From the human T2T-CHM13v2.0 reference genome, Homo sapiens, in the NCBI RefSeq assembly GCF_009914755.1, contig NC_060926.1: a stretch of DNA of 64,000 nt. One strand, 5' to 3'. The position numbers and the translations under genes were made by a program. This document shows, piece after piece, positions 15,020 through 28,125 of the stretch. Each line of letters begins with the position of its first letter. Position 1 is the stretch's first letter. The notes beneath the pieces were generated by a model. The model saw only the letters and a list, made by a program, of their open reading frames with translations, did not search any database and was not told the origin of the DNA.

Positions 15020-15226
15020 CTTCTTACCTACCCTCTGACTCCCTCTTCCACTTCTAATGACCCTGTGATGACATTGAGCCCGCCTGGGTAGTCTAGACTC
15101 TTTTTCCCCTTTTAAGGTCAGCTGATTAACCTTAATTCCATCTAATACCTTGATTTCCCTTTGCCATGTATGTCCTGGGGATGAGGATGTGGATGGATCT
15201 AGGGGGGCCGGTATTCTGCCTACCAT
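15020..15226 (-). mobile_element. MLT1-family MaLR LTR fragment
   Basis: Reverse complement reads GGTAGGCAGAATACCGGCCCCCCTAGATCCATCCACATCCTCATCCCCAGGAC...ATGGCAAAGGG, an MLT1-type 5' end. Confidence 0.75.
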
Positions 15227-18200
15227 AGCTATCTTGCTCTTTTTGTTTATAATTATGATATGTTCCAAAAAGGAGTAAAACGTAATACAAGAAGATAAAA
15301 ATACGTTTACCATTAAGTAAGAAAAAAGACAAGGAGAAGAGAATAAGAAAATGAGTCAGGAGTGGGATTTATACAAAAAATTAGTGAGTCCACTTTACTT
15401 CCTGGAAGTGGATGGTGAGCTTTTCTTGCCAGCCTTCTTGAAGAGGGAAGCACTGTCAGTTATGTTGTAGTGTGTCGATCTAGTAAAATCCAACTGGTTG
15501 TTCAGATACCTAGATGAATATTCTTGATATGAAGATGAAAAAAAAATTTCTTCCAAAGTCTTCATGGATACATAAAGTGTATAATGAGCAAAACCTTTGA
15601 CATGTTTACAGTAAACCCAATGGTGTGTTTCACCTGGCCTTTCTCTTCTTTTGTTTACTGCTTTATATTTAAGGTCAAATACTCATTCTTTGAAGATCTC
15701 TTGTAAGACATGTGGTCCAGGGTCAGGCCAGGCCAAATGTGGGAATTTGGAACAGCTGGAGCAGTGATTCCCATCTGGTGGCTCTCATCCCCTAGGGATT
15801 TTTGAGGGTGCCCTGAGCTTTCATTCTAAAATGAAAGTGTTTTTTTTTTTTTTACTATTTGTATGTTTGAAGGACATAAAGTATGTATTTACGTATATAA
15901 TCTCTGATCTCCCCTTAAGACGGAAGAGTGAAAGCCTACCAGTATTTATTAAGAGCTTGGATATGGTGGTTAGTTGTAGTCGGAAGAGTGATCTGCACTA
16001 GCAGTCTGTGAGGTTTTGGACCATTATATGTTACATTATAATAAAAAAAATTTATGTTCTTAATGGAGTGTTGTTTAAAGACAGGATGCATTAGGAAAAG
16101 TTAAATTGAAGTATAAATTATTGAGGAGTATATGAGAATTCTGTTGATTTTCCTCATGCTATTTTCCCTGTAGTCAAAAGTTGCATTCATCTGAAATCTT
16201 TTGGCATATCTGATAGTATTTTTTAAAAAATCAATATTTAGAAATAGAAAATATTATGACTGTTATAGTCATTTTGTCTTTTAATTTATTAGGACTAAAG
16301 ATTCATACACCTGCAGTGTGTTATTTGTGGAGAAATGCTTTCAAATAGCTGCTGGAAAACCATCTGTCTTAGCCTGATATTTAGAAACACAACTGGAAAA
16401 AATATATAAAAATAAACTTTCAAGGTATTGGAGATGGCAGTTAATCACAACCTTCCTCCCTTCTGGATTCTGAACTAGAGGAAACAGAAGAAGCTAGACA
16501 AAAATTAAAATACAGTACCAGTTTTATTAGTGTAAAGTGAAGTTGGGAGATGTGTTTTGGATGTAAGACTTCCTTATCCACCCTAAATGTAATCTTCATA
16601 GCCACCCAGGTGATGGCTGAGCATCTGTGGGTGGGCTCTGCCCATATAACCCGTGGGAGCAGGAACAGAGAGTGTGTCCAGCAGCCTGTTCAAGCTGAAA
16701 TCCTGTCCTTCCCGCTCTGGGAGAACTGTGAGTACCCCAAAGAAGGAGCAGACATAATTCCCCACTATGGTTTCTTCCTGGGAAATGGGGTGAACATTCT
16801 GCCGGAAAACATGTTCAAAGGAAGCAATGAGTTCTCTTATAAACTCTTTGATTTGTTTTGAAGTCCAGATGTAAGAAATGCAAACATGGGACATTTTGTC
16901 TAATTGGGGGTTGTAAGTAGATTGCTCTCTGTTTTGAATATGCATTTGGTCCCCACACCAAATATGTACTAACAAGTATATAAATTCAGAATGAATTTTA
17001 TTGACAAATTATACTTTTTTACCGACATAATTAAGTTAAATGCTGTGTATTACAGGTTAAATGGGCAAATGGTAATTTGCCATTAATCATTTGGAACATT
17101 AGCAAAGATAGTATCAAAATGAACTTCATAAACTTTCAATACCTTGTTTCAGAAATGGATTATGACTTTAATATCCTATCTTTCTCATATATATGTAAAC
17201 ACTGAGAAATGACTGAAAAGTTCCTAAGGGGTGGGAGTGTGTGTGTGTATGAGTGAGAGAGATCATATATTACTGTTAAAAGCCTCACAGGTCATACATA
17301 AGAGGTTGGGCAAAGCCGACCTAGAGCAATGGATGGATTGTGTATCCCTTAAGTCATCATTCAGATACAATTTCTTTCAACCAAACTTTGAAAGACTTTC
17401 AGGGGCTATGAAGTCACTGAAGTACCCTGGAAAATATCGGAATTAGAATCATTTCCAGAAACTTTTAACTATTGGTTGAAATACTCTTATGCAGAATGAA
17501 GGGACCTAATGAGCATGCTTATCTCAGTTGAAGGCTATTTCACTTTGAAGTCAACTGGGAAAGTACTTGTGATTGCAAAGCACTTGTTCTAAAGAGAGCA
17601 CTTTGGATTATAAAACAACAAAAACTCAAACCCCCATGATGTTGAACTTTGAGCAGTGCAAGGTGTGTGTTGGGTAGCTGCATAAGGCGCTTTGCTGTGT
17701 GGAATTACTGCTTTATCAGAGTTAGATGTTTGGAAAACATGTATCCAAACTGTGTCTTCATTTTTAACCTGATGGATCAAAATGTTTGCTTTTTGTCAGC
17801 AACTAGAAAGTAGGACCAGTTGTCCTATAAGGACTCCTAGTTCACAGTGATTAAACTATGCCATTTATGTATATAATGCTCATCTCAGCTGGATATGTGT
17901 CAGTAGGATGTACATCCAGCTTATTCAAAAGTAATATAAGTTCTGTACGTGTTATGAAAAGGAGAATTGTGCCATGTTCTCTGTTATCCTCCACTGGAAA
18001 TTAGGATCTGATCTGCCCCTGCTCTTACTATCCTAGATAAGGTAAAAAGCAGTGCTTCTCATGTGAAAACAAGTAACCTTGCAGTCTGGTTATAAACACC
18101 AATTGATTCTATTGTTTTGGGATTGGGCCTAAGATTCTGCATTTTTAACAACCTGCCAGATCATTTCAGTGCTACCTTTCCACAGATGAGAGTTCGAGTA

Positions 18201-20224
18201 GCAATGTTATAGAGGTGCTAGTTGCTAAAAGCATTGTAGACATCGAGGCTTTTGGGCTAGCCTCAAATCATTTCTCATCTTTGGAGCCAAATGCCCAGGA
18301 GAGGTTAATAAAAGCTGTATTAGTTCAGCATTATTCTCTACAAGTCCTTCCATAGTGTGGGATGATCTAACAAGGCTCTGTGGTAGACTAGCTATTGAAA
18401 GTCTGGCTACTCAGGCAGGGCATTGGCCTAAGACCAGTTTGTGATTCCTTTAAGGAGAAAACAAGCCTACCTTGGCAGATGAATTATCTAGTAAGCCAGT
18501 GACTCTACATTTGTGGGGTGGGAGAAGAGCAGAGAGCTTACCTCTTAAAATTCTAGAATGGATCACATTTTGGGTTTCACTAGGTAGGGCCAATAGAGTT
18601 GTTATAGAATGTCTTTTAAATGTTCTCATGCCTGGCTGTGTATTAAAATCATCTAAGCAGCTTAAAATAAAAATACCTCTGCTTGGGCCACACCTGAGAC
18701 AAAGTAAATCAAAATCTTTGGGTGTGATAGCTGGGCATCTCTATTTTTTAAAGAGCAGTCCAGGTGATTCTATGTACATCATAGTTGGGAGGTCCTGGTT
18801 TAGTCAGTCCTAAGCTCTGAGGGCAAGAAACTCTCCTGAGAAGCTCCATTTTTAACTTGAGCTGGTTTATCATTTGTGCAAACTGAGGGTTTGTGACCAG
18901 AAACCAGTCAGGCTGACCCAAGTTATTTGCAGTGTTTGGGAGAGTTGACCTTGGTGTATACATTAAGGAACTAGTGAACTTATCAGCCAGCATCTAACCA
19001 ATGATTTCTTCCCTAAGAAAATTCAGACCTTGACTTTTATGACTCTGGGTCTGTTAAAGCTTAGGGCTGTGCGATTGAGTGGCTTGACTACTGTAACTTT
19101 ATTTTAGAAGTGATGAGAACTTCTTTATAAGGTTAAGTTGGATAAGCCTGAGTGGTCACTTCAGATTGTGCATGTGTGTGCACACATATGTATTTCTTCA
19201 CTGCTTAGCTAGTTCATTTTTTTAACCAAATCAGATTTGGGGAGGACTGTCCCTTTTCTGCAAATAGGGCAGCTGGAACACTCCTGGGGTAGGCCAGTAC
19301 CCAGCCTGTGCTCCTCCCGAGGTGGAGGAGAGGGGTACTAGGGGTCGGGGTAATTGGGCTGGAGGGCTTAGGAAGCATTTGGAAATAATGAGCTTTATCT
19401 TGAAGGCATTACCCATATTTTTGAAATAAGTGTGGTGATTTTTGTGATTGTGATTTTCTTTATTACTGGGGCCATTTTGGCCTGTTGTCATTCTTGGTTT
19501 TTTTTCTAGATGTAGAGTGTTGCCAGAAGTCTGATCCTCAGAGAAAAGGTGCATTTTACACTTATTATAAAATTTCTTTGTGGCTTTACTGTCCTTTGAG
19601 AGTGGAAGCAAATCTTTTGAGTATTTTCATTCAACATTAAGGAGACCTACCTGACAAATTGACATGCTGTGTGATCTTTTCACAGATGATTCTTTCTTTC
19701 TTCTTAGAGAGTCATTATCAACCTATCTTAAAGCCTGTTCATGGTTTCCTGGGCTGGATGCCAGGTGACAATCCTAGCGTTTTTTGTTTTTTTTTTTAAT
19801 GGCTGTCTGATGAAGCATCATCCAGATTTGGTCTTGCTCAAAGCCTTCTTCCCTGTGCTCATTGATTTATGGACCAGGTCTTTGGAGCAGAGGCCCAGTG
19901 CCTTAATACTCATTAGTAAATTGGGCACAGCTAGCCTAGGAATGAGATTCTCAGTCAGTGCCCAGACAGCACTGAGAGATGTGGAGAAAATGAGACTCAT
20001 TTATCAGTCACCTTGAGACAGCATCAGCAGTCGGCCACCTTCCTTCACTCTGAGGCCTTCCACAGCCTCAGCACAGGCTTCTGAGCCTGCTGGTCTTGAG
20101 GGGTGGTGATGGACTCCCAGGTTCACCTTGGTCTGCTTCTCTCTCACTCTGCATTCTAGTTACATGGGCAGAACCTGTCTGAGCATCTTCCAGTGGGTGA
20201 GTAAGATCCTGTTGATTGGTAAGG

Positions 20225-20429
20225 CAGTCCCTCTCAACCGAGGCAGTTTTGGCAGTGTTGAGAGACATTTTTCGATTGTCACAACCCTCTAGTTATAGAG
20301 GGTTATTGGAGGGCTCTAATGGCATCTAGTGGCTAGAGGCCAGCAATGCTGTTAAACCTCTAATAGCTTCCCACAACAAAAAAATTATTCAGACCCATAT
20401 GTCAGTTGTGCAAAGATTGAGAAACATTG
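20225..20429 (+). mobile_element. MER20 hAT-Charlie element
   Basis: GAGACATTTTT..TTGTCACAAC, GGCATCTAGTGG.TAGAGGCCAG, TTGAGAAAC match MER20. Confidence 0.85.
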
Positions 20430-20485
20430 GATTAAAGTGATTTATTTCATTTTTCAGGGACCCGTGCTTTGTTTTGGTTTAGTAG

Positions 20486-20789
<304 letters not shown>

Positions 20790-21064
20790 CCTCAGAATTC
20801 TTGGAGTTACCGCTGTTGCCTTTTTTTGTTGTTAGGAAATTCTCTCAACTGTGAATATCGTATGGGCCTAGTGAATGAAACTCATAGAACATGTGAAGAT
20901 CTTATCTGCTCCAGCAACCACAGCTTCCTTCTCACTCTTGTCCTCTTTCCCTTTTGTCCACCTGCCAGTAATGTGCACATCCAAGAGACTAAGTCAGGAT
21001 AAAATCATCAAATGTTGGTTTTCTCTTACCCCACCCACGCCCTCTAGTGGCCTGTTTTGCCTCT

Positions 21065-21170
21065 AAAGCTGCTTTGCCTGTCCCTTCCTCCTCTGCTTCT
21101 CCTTTTAACACCAACTGTATTTAGGTGAAGACTACCCCCATCTCCTTTCCATCTGTCTTCTTTATACCTG
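21065..21170 (+). repeat. Local direct repeat A, copy 1 (about 105 bp)
   Basis: AAAGCTGCTTTGCCTGTCCCTTC...TTTTAACACCAACTGTATTTAG.TGAAGACT recurs at 21918. Confidence 0.92.
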
Positions 21171-21917
21171 TGAATGTCAGAGAACAGCTGGGGTAGGTGT
21201 GGCAGAACCTGGGAATAGAGAGGGCAGGAAGAAGAGTGCATGTTCTGGACCCAGATTCACCAGCCCTGTTACAGTGTTTGGAAATTTATTTTGCTATTGA
21301 TGCCAGATATGGAGCCCTGAACTCCACTGAGTGGATGGTATAACTGCAAGACAAATATGCACTTCAGGTGGGTGGCATTGGAGGTTTTCCTTTCTCTGCC
21401 CACAGGAAAAATGCAAGTGTAGTGTAATGAATTAAAACTCTGGGTACAGGACTGTCTTGCTTTGATCACTTCAAATGTAAGAGGGGATGGGCTGTTTAAA
21501 ACCCAGATATTCAAAGAGTATTCCCAAGATAGCAAAGGTGTGTTGTTTTTAGCAGGTGTATTTCAGCTAGTTAATTAAAATAAGACTAGTTTAGCCACTT
21601 CCAAAGGGAACAGACTGTTTTCATTTAGAATGTGTTTTTCCTGTTTATAAAAAAAAAAAAAAAAAAAAAGGACCCAGGTCCTGAAAGTGAAAGGTCTCTG
21701 TTCATACCTATTTCTTGGGCAGCACCCTGCCTGCTCCTGAGCTCCTTTGCTTCCTAGAGCTAGAAGAGAGTTGGTGGCATCACAGCTGTCAGGGATTCAC
21801 AGTTGAGCTTTTGGGCACCTGCTGAGTGGGCTCTATCAGGTTGGTGGCACTGGGCCATCTGGGGGAGTGAATGACCTCAGAGCTTCTTCCCAGGAATTTG
21901 GATTTATTTTAGAAGAG

Positions 21918-22030
21918 AAAGCTGCTTTGCCTGTCCCTTCTCCTCCTCTGCTTCTCCTTTTAACACCAACTGTATTTAGATGAAGACTGCCCCCCACCAC
22001 CGTCCCCGTTCCATCTGTCTTTCTTACACC
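21918..22030 (+). repeat. Local direct repeat A, copy 2
   Basis: First about 75 nt differ from copy 1 by one 2-nt indel and two substitutions. Confidence 0.92.
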
Positions 22031-24689
22031 AGTAATCCTGTAAATGTGTATTTTTCTCCCTTTCATGTGTTGATTCAACCCTTGAGGTTGGTGGGACATT
22101 GCATTAGACTCACGGCTTCTTAATAGTACTGGACTTTGGTTTCTGTTTTGTGTTCCATACGGAGAGGTCTCTTCCTTTCTGAGTTTCCGCATGCAGCTGG
22201 TAGACTCAGCTTGGTTTGGCGGAGGCCATGTAGTATTAGGCAGGAATTGGGGTGCTGGTTTGATTCTAACTGGAAAACATAATATTTTCTGGCCTCAGGG
22301 TCTTCCTCTGTAAATTGAGGGTTTGCATTTGATATTTTCCTAAGCAAAACCAGACGTTGTCTTCCAGTCTGTAAAAAGGTATTTTATACATTTTAATTTA
22401 TCATATTTCCTGTTAAAGTTGATTGTTAGACCAGGGAGATGTGGTTCTGTGGTGAGCACAAAACCAGGAGTTTGGTAAGAGGTTGTGCAGTCAATGCAAG
22501 GTTAGCACCCAGTTGATTTCTGCACTGTGTTTTGGTTCACGGTAGAAGCAGTCCATATTCATCCAATTATGAATGGGAGTGGCTATCATTTTAAAGAATA
22601 ACTTACCAAGCACTCTAAGTTGCTTTTAATGTAAATTGAGATGGAGGCTGAAAAGAGAAGTAGTAGAAATTGTTTCAAAGTTGAATTATTAACATCTAAA
22701 GACAGTTGTCACTTAAAATATGGGAGTCAGGCAAGCAGCCTTGGAACTTCAAGATATGTGACCAACTCTCATCTGGCATTTAATTAGGGTAGTGCTTTTT
22801 TGTCATACAATTTCATGTGAATAGATACCTGGGCCTGAATTAAAAAAAAAAAAAACAAAAAAAAAACGTAAACTAGACCACTACTGAGCATTAGTTTTGT
22901 GACCAATAAGGTGGAAATTTGAAGTTCAAACTTCAGTGTATGGAGGTAGCCAGGGCAGTTTTGCTGAGTCTCTGCGATATAAATTGATACGTATATTGAT
23001 TGTCTCTAGTATCTTAGGATTTGGCATGTCAAACTTTTTTTGAAAAATGTTTAAAAACATCTTAAACAAAACCAAAAGTCAAATGAAACATTTGTGGAAC
23101 CTCTGGAACATCTCTGTGAATGAATCTTTGATGTTCTTTGGAGCACAGTTTGAGAACCAATAACTCAGTTGCTCACCCCTACTCCTCTGGCTCTAACAGT
23201 GTTCTGTGTTTCTAGAACTTTCTCCATGTTATACATGTGGAAACTGAGATGGACACACTTAGGATCACACAATGCCAATGGTAGAACAAGCTGCAGATCA
23301 GAGATTTTCAGGTTTTTGATGCAAGGTTCTCTCAGTTCCTCCTTGTCACCCTTTCAGGTCTTATTTTCTGTGATCTTCTCAGCATAACAGTGACAATACA
23401 AGTGGCCTCCAAGAAAGGTTCCCGGGTATTTTCCCCTCCATCCCTTGTCTTAGACATATTTTGTTTCTGTAATCTCACTGCCCTGCCCCCCTAGAATTTT
23501 CTTCTGGAGTGTTTTTTTGCAGTTTTCTTCTCTGTTAATACCTGACTACCATCACATCCACTTTAGTTTAACCCTGCCTCTTCAAGGGTTTTACTACTAA
23601 GGGTAAAATCTTGTAAAAGGTAAGGTGCAAATGTATTGTCAGAATGCCCAGGTTCTGTGGCTCATACCAGAAGGAGGTCTTGGAGGTCTTTGCTAATTTG
23701 CATTTCTTCACCTCATTTCCACCATCCTGTCCTTCCATCTAGCAAATACTTAATGACCACCCTCTGTGTGCAAGGCATGGCCATTGCCGGCATTTCTTGT
23801 CTTTGGGGGCCTCACAGACCCCATAGGCGAGATGAAACGGGATTGTCCTATAGAGCAAGGAAGGAGCACGAACTGCTATGAGTTACGAGTACTCTATGGA
23901 AGGGGAGCTTTCCTCAGTCTAGGGAGCCCCTGGAGGCTTTATGCAGGAAGGAGGTGGGGTGAGATTGGAGGCTGGAGATGTGGGTGGGATTTTCCAAGGA
24001 AATTGGGTGGACACAGTGACTTAGGATTTCTTGAAGGTTACTGTACAGGATGAAGCTAAATGTAGGCTCCTTAGCCACCATTTAATGATGACTATGAAGT
24101 AGCTCAGGTGGTACACAGTGAGGACAGAGAGGTCTGGGAACCACTAAGTTAGAGCAGCGCTGTCCTATGTGAATGTGGCGCATGGGATGGTATTGTCCTG
24201 CAGGGCTATTTGAAGAGACCAAATCTCTGCTTGGGGCTGGCATTGCTTCTGAAGGGATGGGCATTTCTGCCTTTGTTTATCCTCTGAGGAGGCAGGCCCT
24301 TGTGTCAGAAATAGGGCCTCCAGGGATGTTGGATGGCCACCTGGAGGAACTGCTTCATTGGTCTCGTTCTCACTCCATTGGAACTGGGCTGCTGCTCAGT
24401 GTTCTCAGGTGGGTTGAGAAATTGGCATTTGCCAGACAAGGTGGGCCAGGAGCCTTCTGAAGCCAGGCTCCTGGCCAGGAGCCTGTAAGGTTGATCCAGA
24501 GGTTATAAGAGCGGTCATATGTGGTGAACTGGAAGTAGATCACTGTGGTTTCCTTCTGTTGCTAGGCCCATGGCCAGCCCTTAGTTCCTGCCCTGGTCTT
24601 GGCTGTGCTAGGCCCATGACACTCATCTGCCTGTTCTAAGCCAAACTCCTCCTTTTCCCCATAGCTTTAGAGGTGGGCTTGCTTTCTTT

Positions 24690-25502
24690 TTTCTTTTTTT
24701 TTTTTAACAGTTTTTTTTTTGAGATATGATACACATATCATACCATCCTCCTATTTAAACGTATACAACTCCATGGCTTTTGGTATGTCCACAGAATTAT
24801 GCTCCTATCACCACAATTTTAGAACCTTTTTGTTACCCCCTAGAAAAACCCTATACACCTTAGCTATCACCTCTCATTTCCTCCATTCTCCATACCCCAG
24901 CCCTAAGCAAGTACTAATGTATTTTCTGCCTTTACAGATTTGCCTATTCTAGACATTTAATATCAATGGAATCATGCAATATGTGTTTTTTTGTTACTTT
25001 TTTTGCTTAGTATAATGTTCTTAAGAGTCATCTATGTGTAGCATAATCAGTTCATTCCTTTTTATAGCCAGATAATATTTAATTGCATGGATATGGCAGT
25101 TTTGTTTCCATTTCCTCAGTTGATGCACATTAGGCTGGTTTTACTTTTGTTTATTATGGATAATGCTGCTGAGTATGGATACTGCTGCTGAGTACTTCTG
25201 TGTACAAGTTTTTGTGTAGACACGTATTTTCATTTCTCTTGGGAGAGTTCCTAGAAGCAGAATTGTTTGGATCATACAGTAACTCCATGTTTAACTATTT
25301 GAGGTACTGCCAGATTATTTCCCACACTGGCTGCGCCATTTGATATTCCCACCAGTGGTAGATGAGGGTTCCAATTTCTCCACATCTTCACCAACACTTG
25401 TTCTTATCTGTATGTCCTTATGAGTGTGAAGTTAGTATCTCATTGTGGTTTTGATTTGCATTTCCTCTAATGACTAATGATGTTGAGCATCTTTTCATGT
25501 GC
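24690..25502 (-). mobile_element. Old L1 (L1MB-like) 3' region
   Basis: T-rich tail at the left; AGATTTGCCTATTCTAGACATT, TTCCCACCAG...GAGGGTTCCAATTTCTCCACATC and CATTGTGGTTTTGATTTGCATTTCC are reverse-strand L1M motifs. Confidence 0.85.
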
Positions 25503-27092
25503 TTTTTTTTTCTTTCTTTCAGGAGAATTGACACATTTCTTTGCCAGAGATCTCTAACCATCTTTATAAAGGTTGAAGATGATTTTGTTGTGTTGAGGCG
25601 TCAGTGGGAAGGAACAAGGTGATTGCTACTCTTTTAGGAAGTAGGAGGATAGAGGGGATGCATATTGAGGTGGCTAATTCTGCAAACAGACTTGGTGCAA
25701 ACTTTTTTCTGGAAGTGAATTGATGAAGTCACGGCCATGAGCTGACATTACTCTGGTTGGCAACAAGGTCTTCTGAGATCCACTGTATAGTCCCACTGTG
25801 CCCATTGGATGACTTAGCTAGAGGACACAGCCGTTAGAAGGTCTGGAGGTAGGCATCTTCTTAGCTCCAGCAACAACTTCTTGATCACTGTTAGTCTAGG
25901 GCTTCCTCATTAATTGTCTGGTCATTCCTGATGATCTTCATTGTCATTTTGTGGCACCAAGACTATGAGGATGGCTGTTCATTTTCCTCCTCATTGTCCA
26001 CCTGTTACTGTGAGAGATAGGGGTGTCTCCTGAATAATGCTTTTGAAAAGTCTTAAGTTCTGTCATCTTAATAGGAATTGTAGAGATGCATTCTGTGATT
26101 CTCTGTGTGTGCTGTGTGTATACTGATATTGTTTCTATTATTTCAAGCTCTAAGTACCACTGGAGAAGAGAAGTTTCCTGGCACTTCTATAGTCACTTAA
26201 AATCTGGGCCCTCACTAATCAGAACTGTACTCTGAACTCCGCATAGCTAGGGATTTTCACTTCAAATTTGCATGTCTCTGAACTGGGATAATTTTACCTA
26301 GGCTGAGATTTTTTGGCCATCTCTTTGCGCCTCTGATACACCATCTGGATGTGTCTGACCTTCTCCAAGGCAAGGGCAGAGAAGAAGCCTTCTACCTTCT
26401 AAGGAAGCTATTGTTCAGTTCCTAGCCCTTGATCTTTCCTTTGTTTTAACTCCATAGCTTGAGCAGCCTATTCAGTAGGGTTAATTGAGGAAGTAGAGTG
26501 GGGTTTCCTGTCTGAAAGTGGACAGCTAATTCCTACCAGTGATTCGGGCTCTTTACTAAAATAGTGAAAGAAAAATCACCTTTTTTGATGTAGCACCTCA
26601 TTGGCTTGCTCTAGGAAAATTCCTTCAGCCCTGGTTCAAAATTAAGTAATGAGTAATGAGTATGGGTTATCAAAAAAAAAAAAAGCCAATTCCCTTGGAG
26701 CTAGGTGCAGCACCTAGTTCGTAATGTGGCTGTCAGAGTGTAATTCTGATGGGGTGGAAACTCCATCTTGTTCACTGTTCAGTCACCAGGGCCTGATGGC
26801 CGCTCATGCTCAATATAGACTTGGCGCGGAGCGGAGTGGAGGAAGGAAAGAGGGCAGGTGCTAGTTGGCTGGCCTGCAGTTAGAAGGGCTGAATAAAGTG
26901 CTGTAGTGCCCTAGGCGACATATTCATTTAGCAGATACTTTATTGTGCCACTGTGGTCAGTGCCTTTCTCTGAGAAGGTGTGTGTGTGGGGAGGGGCTCC
27001 CTAAAGGATGTCATAGAGTCCCACATAGAAACTTTGAACAATCCAAGGTAGACAGGTGTTTTTAACTCATAATACTCCTTTATTCCCTGTTT

Positions 27093-27571
27093 TAAAATTT
27101 TTTTTAAATTTGATACAATAATTATACATAATAATGGAGTACCATGTGAGATTCAATCCACATATACATTGTGAAATGATCAAATTAGGATAGTTAGCAT
27201 GCACATCACCCCCAAATAATTATTACTTTTGTGGTGAGAACACTTAACATTGTCTCTTTTAGAAATATACGTTATTATTAACCATAGTCACCTTGCTGTG
27301 CAATAGAACACCAGAACTTATTCCTCCTAAATGTAACTTTTTACCCATTGACCACTCCCTCCTCATCCCCCTCTCTCCTCCCCACCCCTGGTAACCACTG
27401 TTCTGTTATCTCCTATGATAGCAACTTTTTAGCTTCTGCATGTGAGATTGTACGGTAGTTGCCTTTCTGTGCCTGGATTATTTCATTTAGCATAATGTCC
27501 TTCGGGTATATCCCTGTTGCTGCAAAAGACAGGATTTCTCTCTCTTTTTCTGGTTGAATAGTATTCCATTG
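27093..27571 (-). mobile_element. L1MA-like 3' end
   Basis: TTATTAACCATAGTCACCTTGCTGTGCAATAGAACACCAGAACTTATTCCTCCTA and GCCTGGATTATTTCATTTAGCATAATGTCC. Confidence 0.85.
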
Positions 27572-27947
27572 TCAGAGAAGTGTTGTAAGACTAGGAAAGG
27601 AACACTGCAGGCTGGAGCCCTGGGGAAAGTGGTCTGAGGCAGGTGGTGGGACTAGAGCTGGGGTCTGGCAAACAGGCTGGGTTTGATTGTCAGCATAATA
27701 GAGAGCACTCATGTGCCAGCTGGGTGGGAGGAGCAGCCGAGTGAAGAAGGGGAAGCCTCTCAGGAAGCATGTGCAGGGTTTATGGTAATGAGCAGACCAG
27801 CAGGTACGTAGTGGGAGAGGGGTGTGATGGGGCAGAGGAACTTACGTTATGATAGTACAAGACAGAGGTTGAGCCTCATTTTAATAGGCATTGTGGTGGG
27901 TGTTGAATAGTGATGGAATGTATGGGTCTGGAATCAGGCTGCCTGGT

Positions 27948-28125
27948 CAAGGGCTCTGAAACATGAGTGTGCATCAGAATCACCTCGAGGCTTGTTAAAG
28001 GATAGGCTGTGGACCACATCTCCTCAGTTGCTGATTCAGTGGGTGTGGGTGGGGCCTGAGAATTCACATTTCTCACTGGTGATGCTGCTGTTACTGAGTT
28101 TGGGACCACATTTGGAGAACCACTG
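27948..28125. mobile_element. MER5A-like element
   Basis: GCATCAGAATCACCT.GAGG.CTTGTTAAA...CTGATTCAGT.GGT...GGGACCACATTTGGAGAACCACTG. Confidence 0.8.

Noticed and set aside
14948-15313. 121-aa minus-strand ORF
   Set aside because: Largely overlaps an MLT1 LTR fragment; no protein features.
16550-16975. Overlapping 103-aa (+) and 130-aa (-) ORFs
   Set aside because: No recognisable domain or splice support; length is within chance expectation for 64 kb.
25156-25194. 19-bp tandem duplication TGGATA(A/C)TGCTGCTGAGTA
   Set aside because: Ordinary slippage duplication inside a dead L1.
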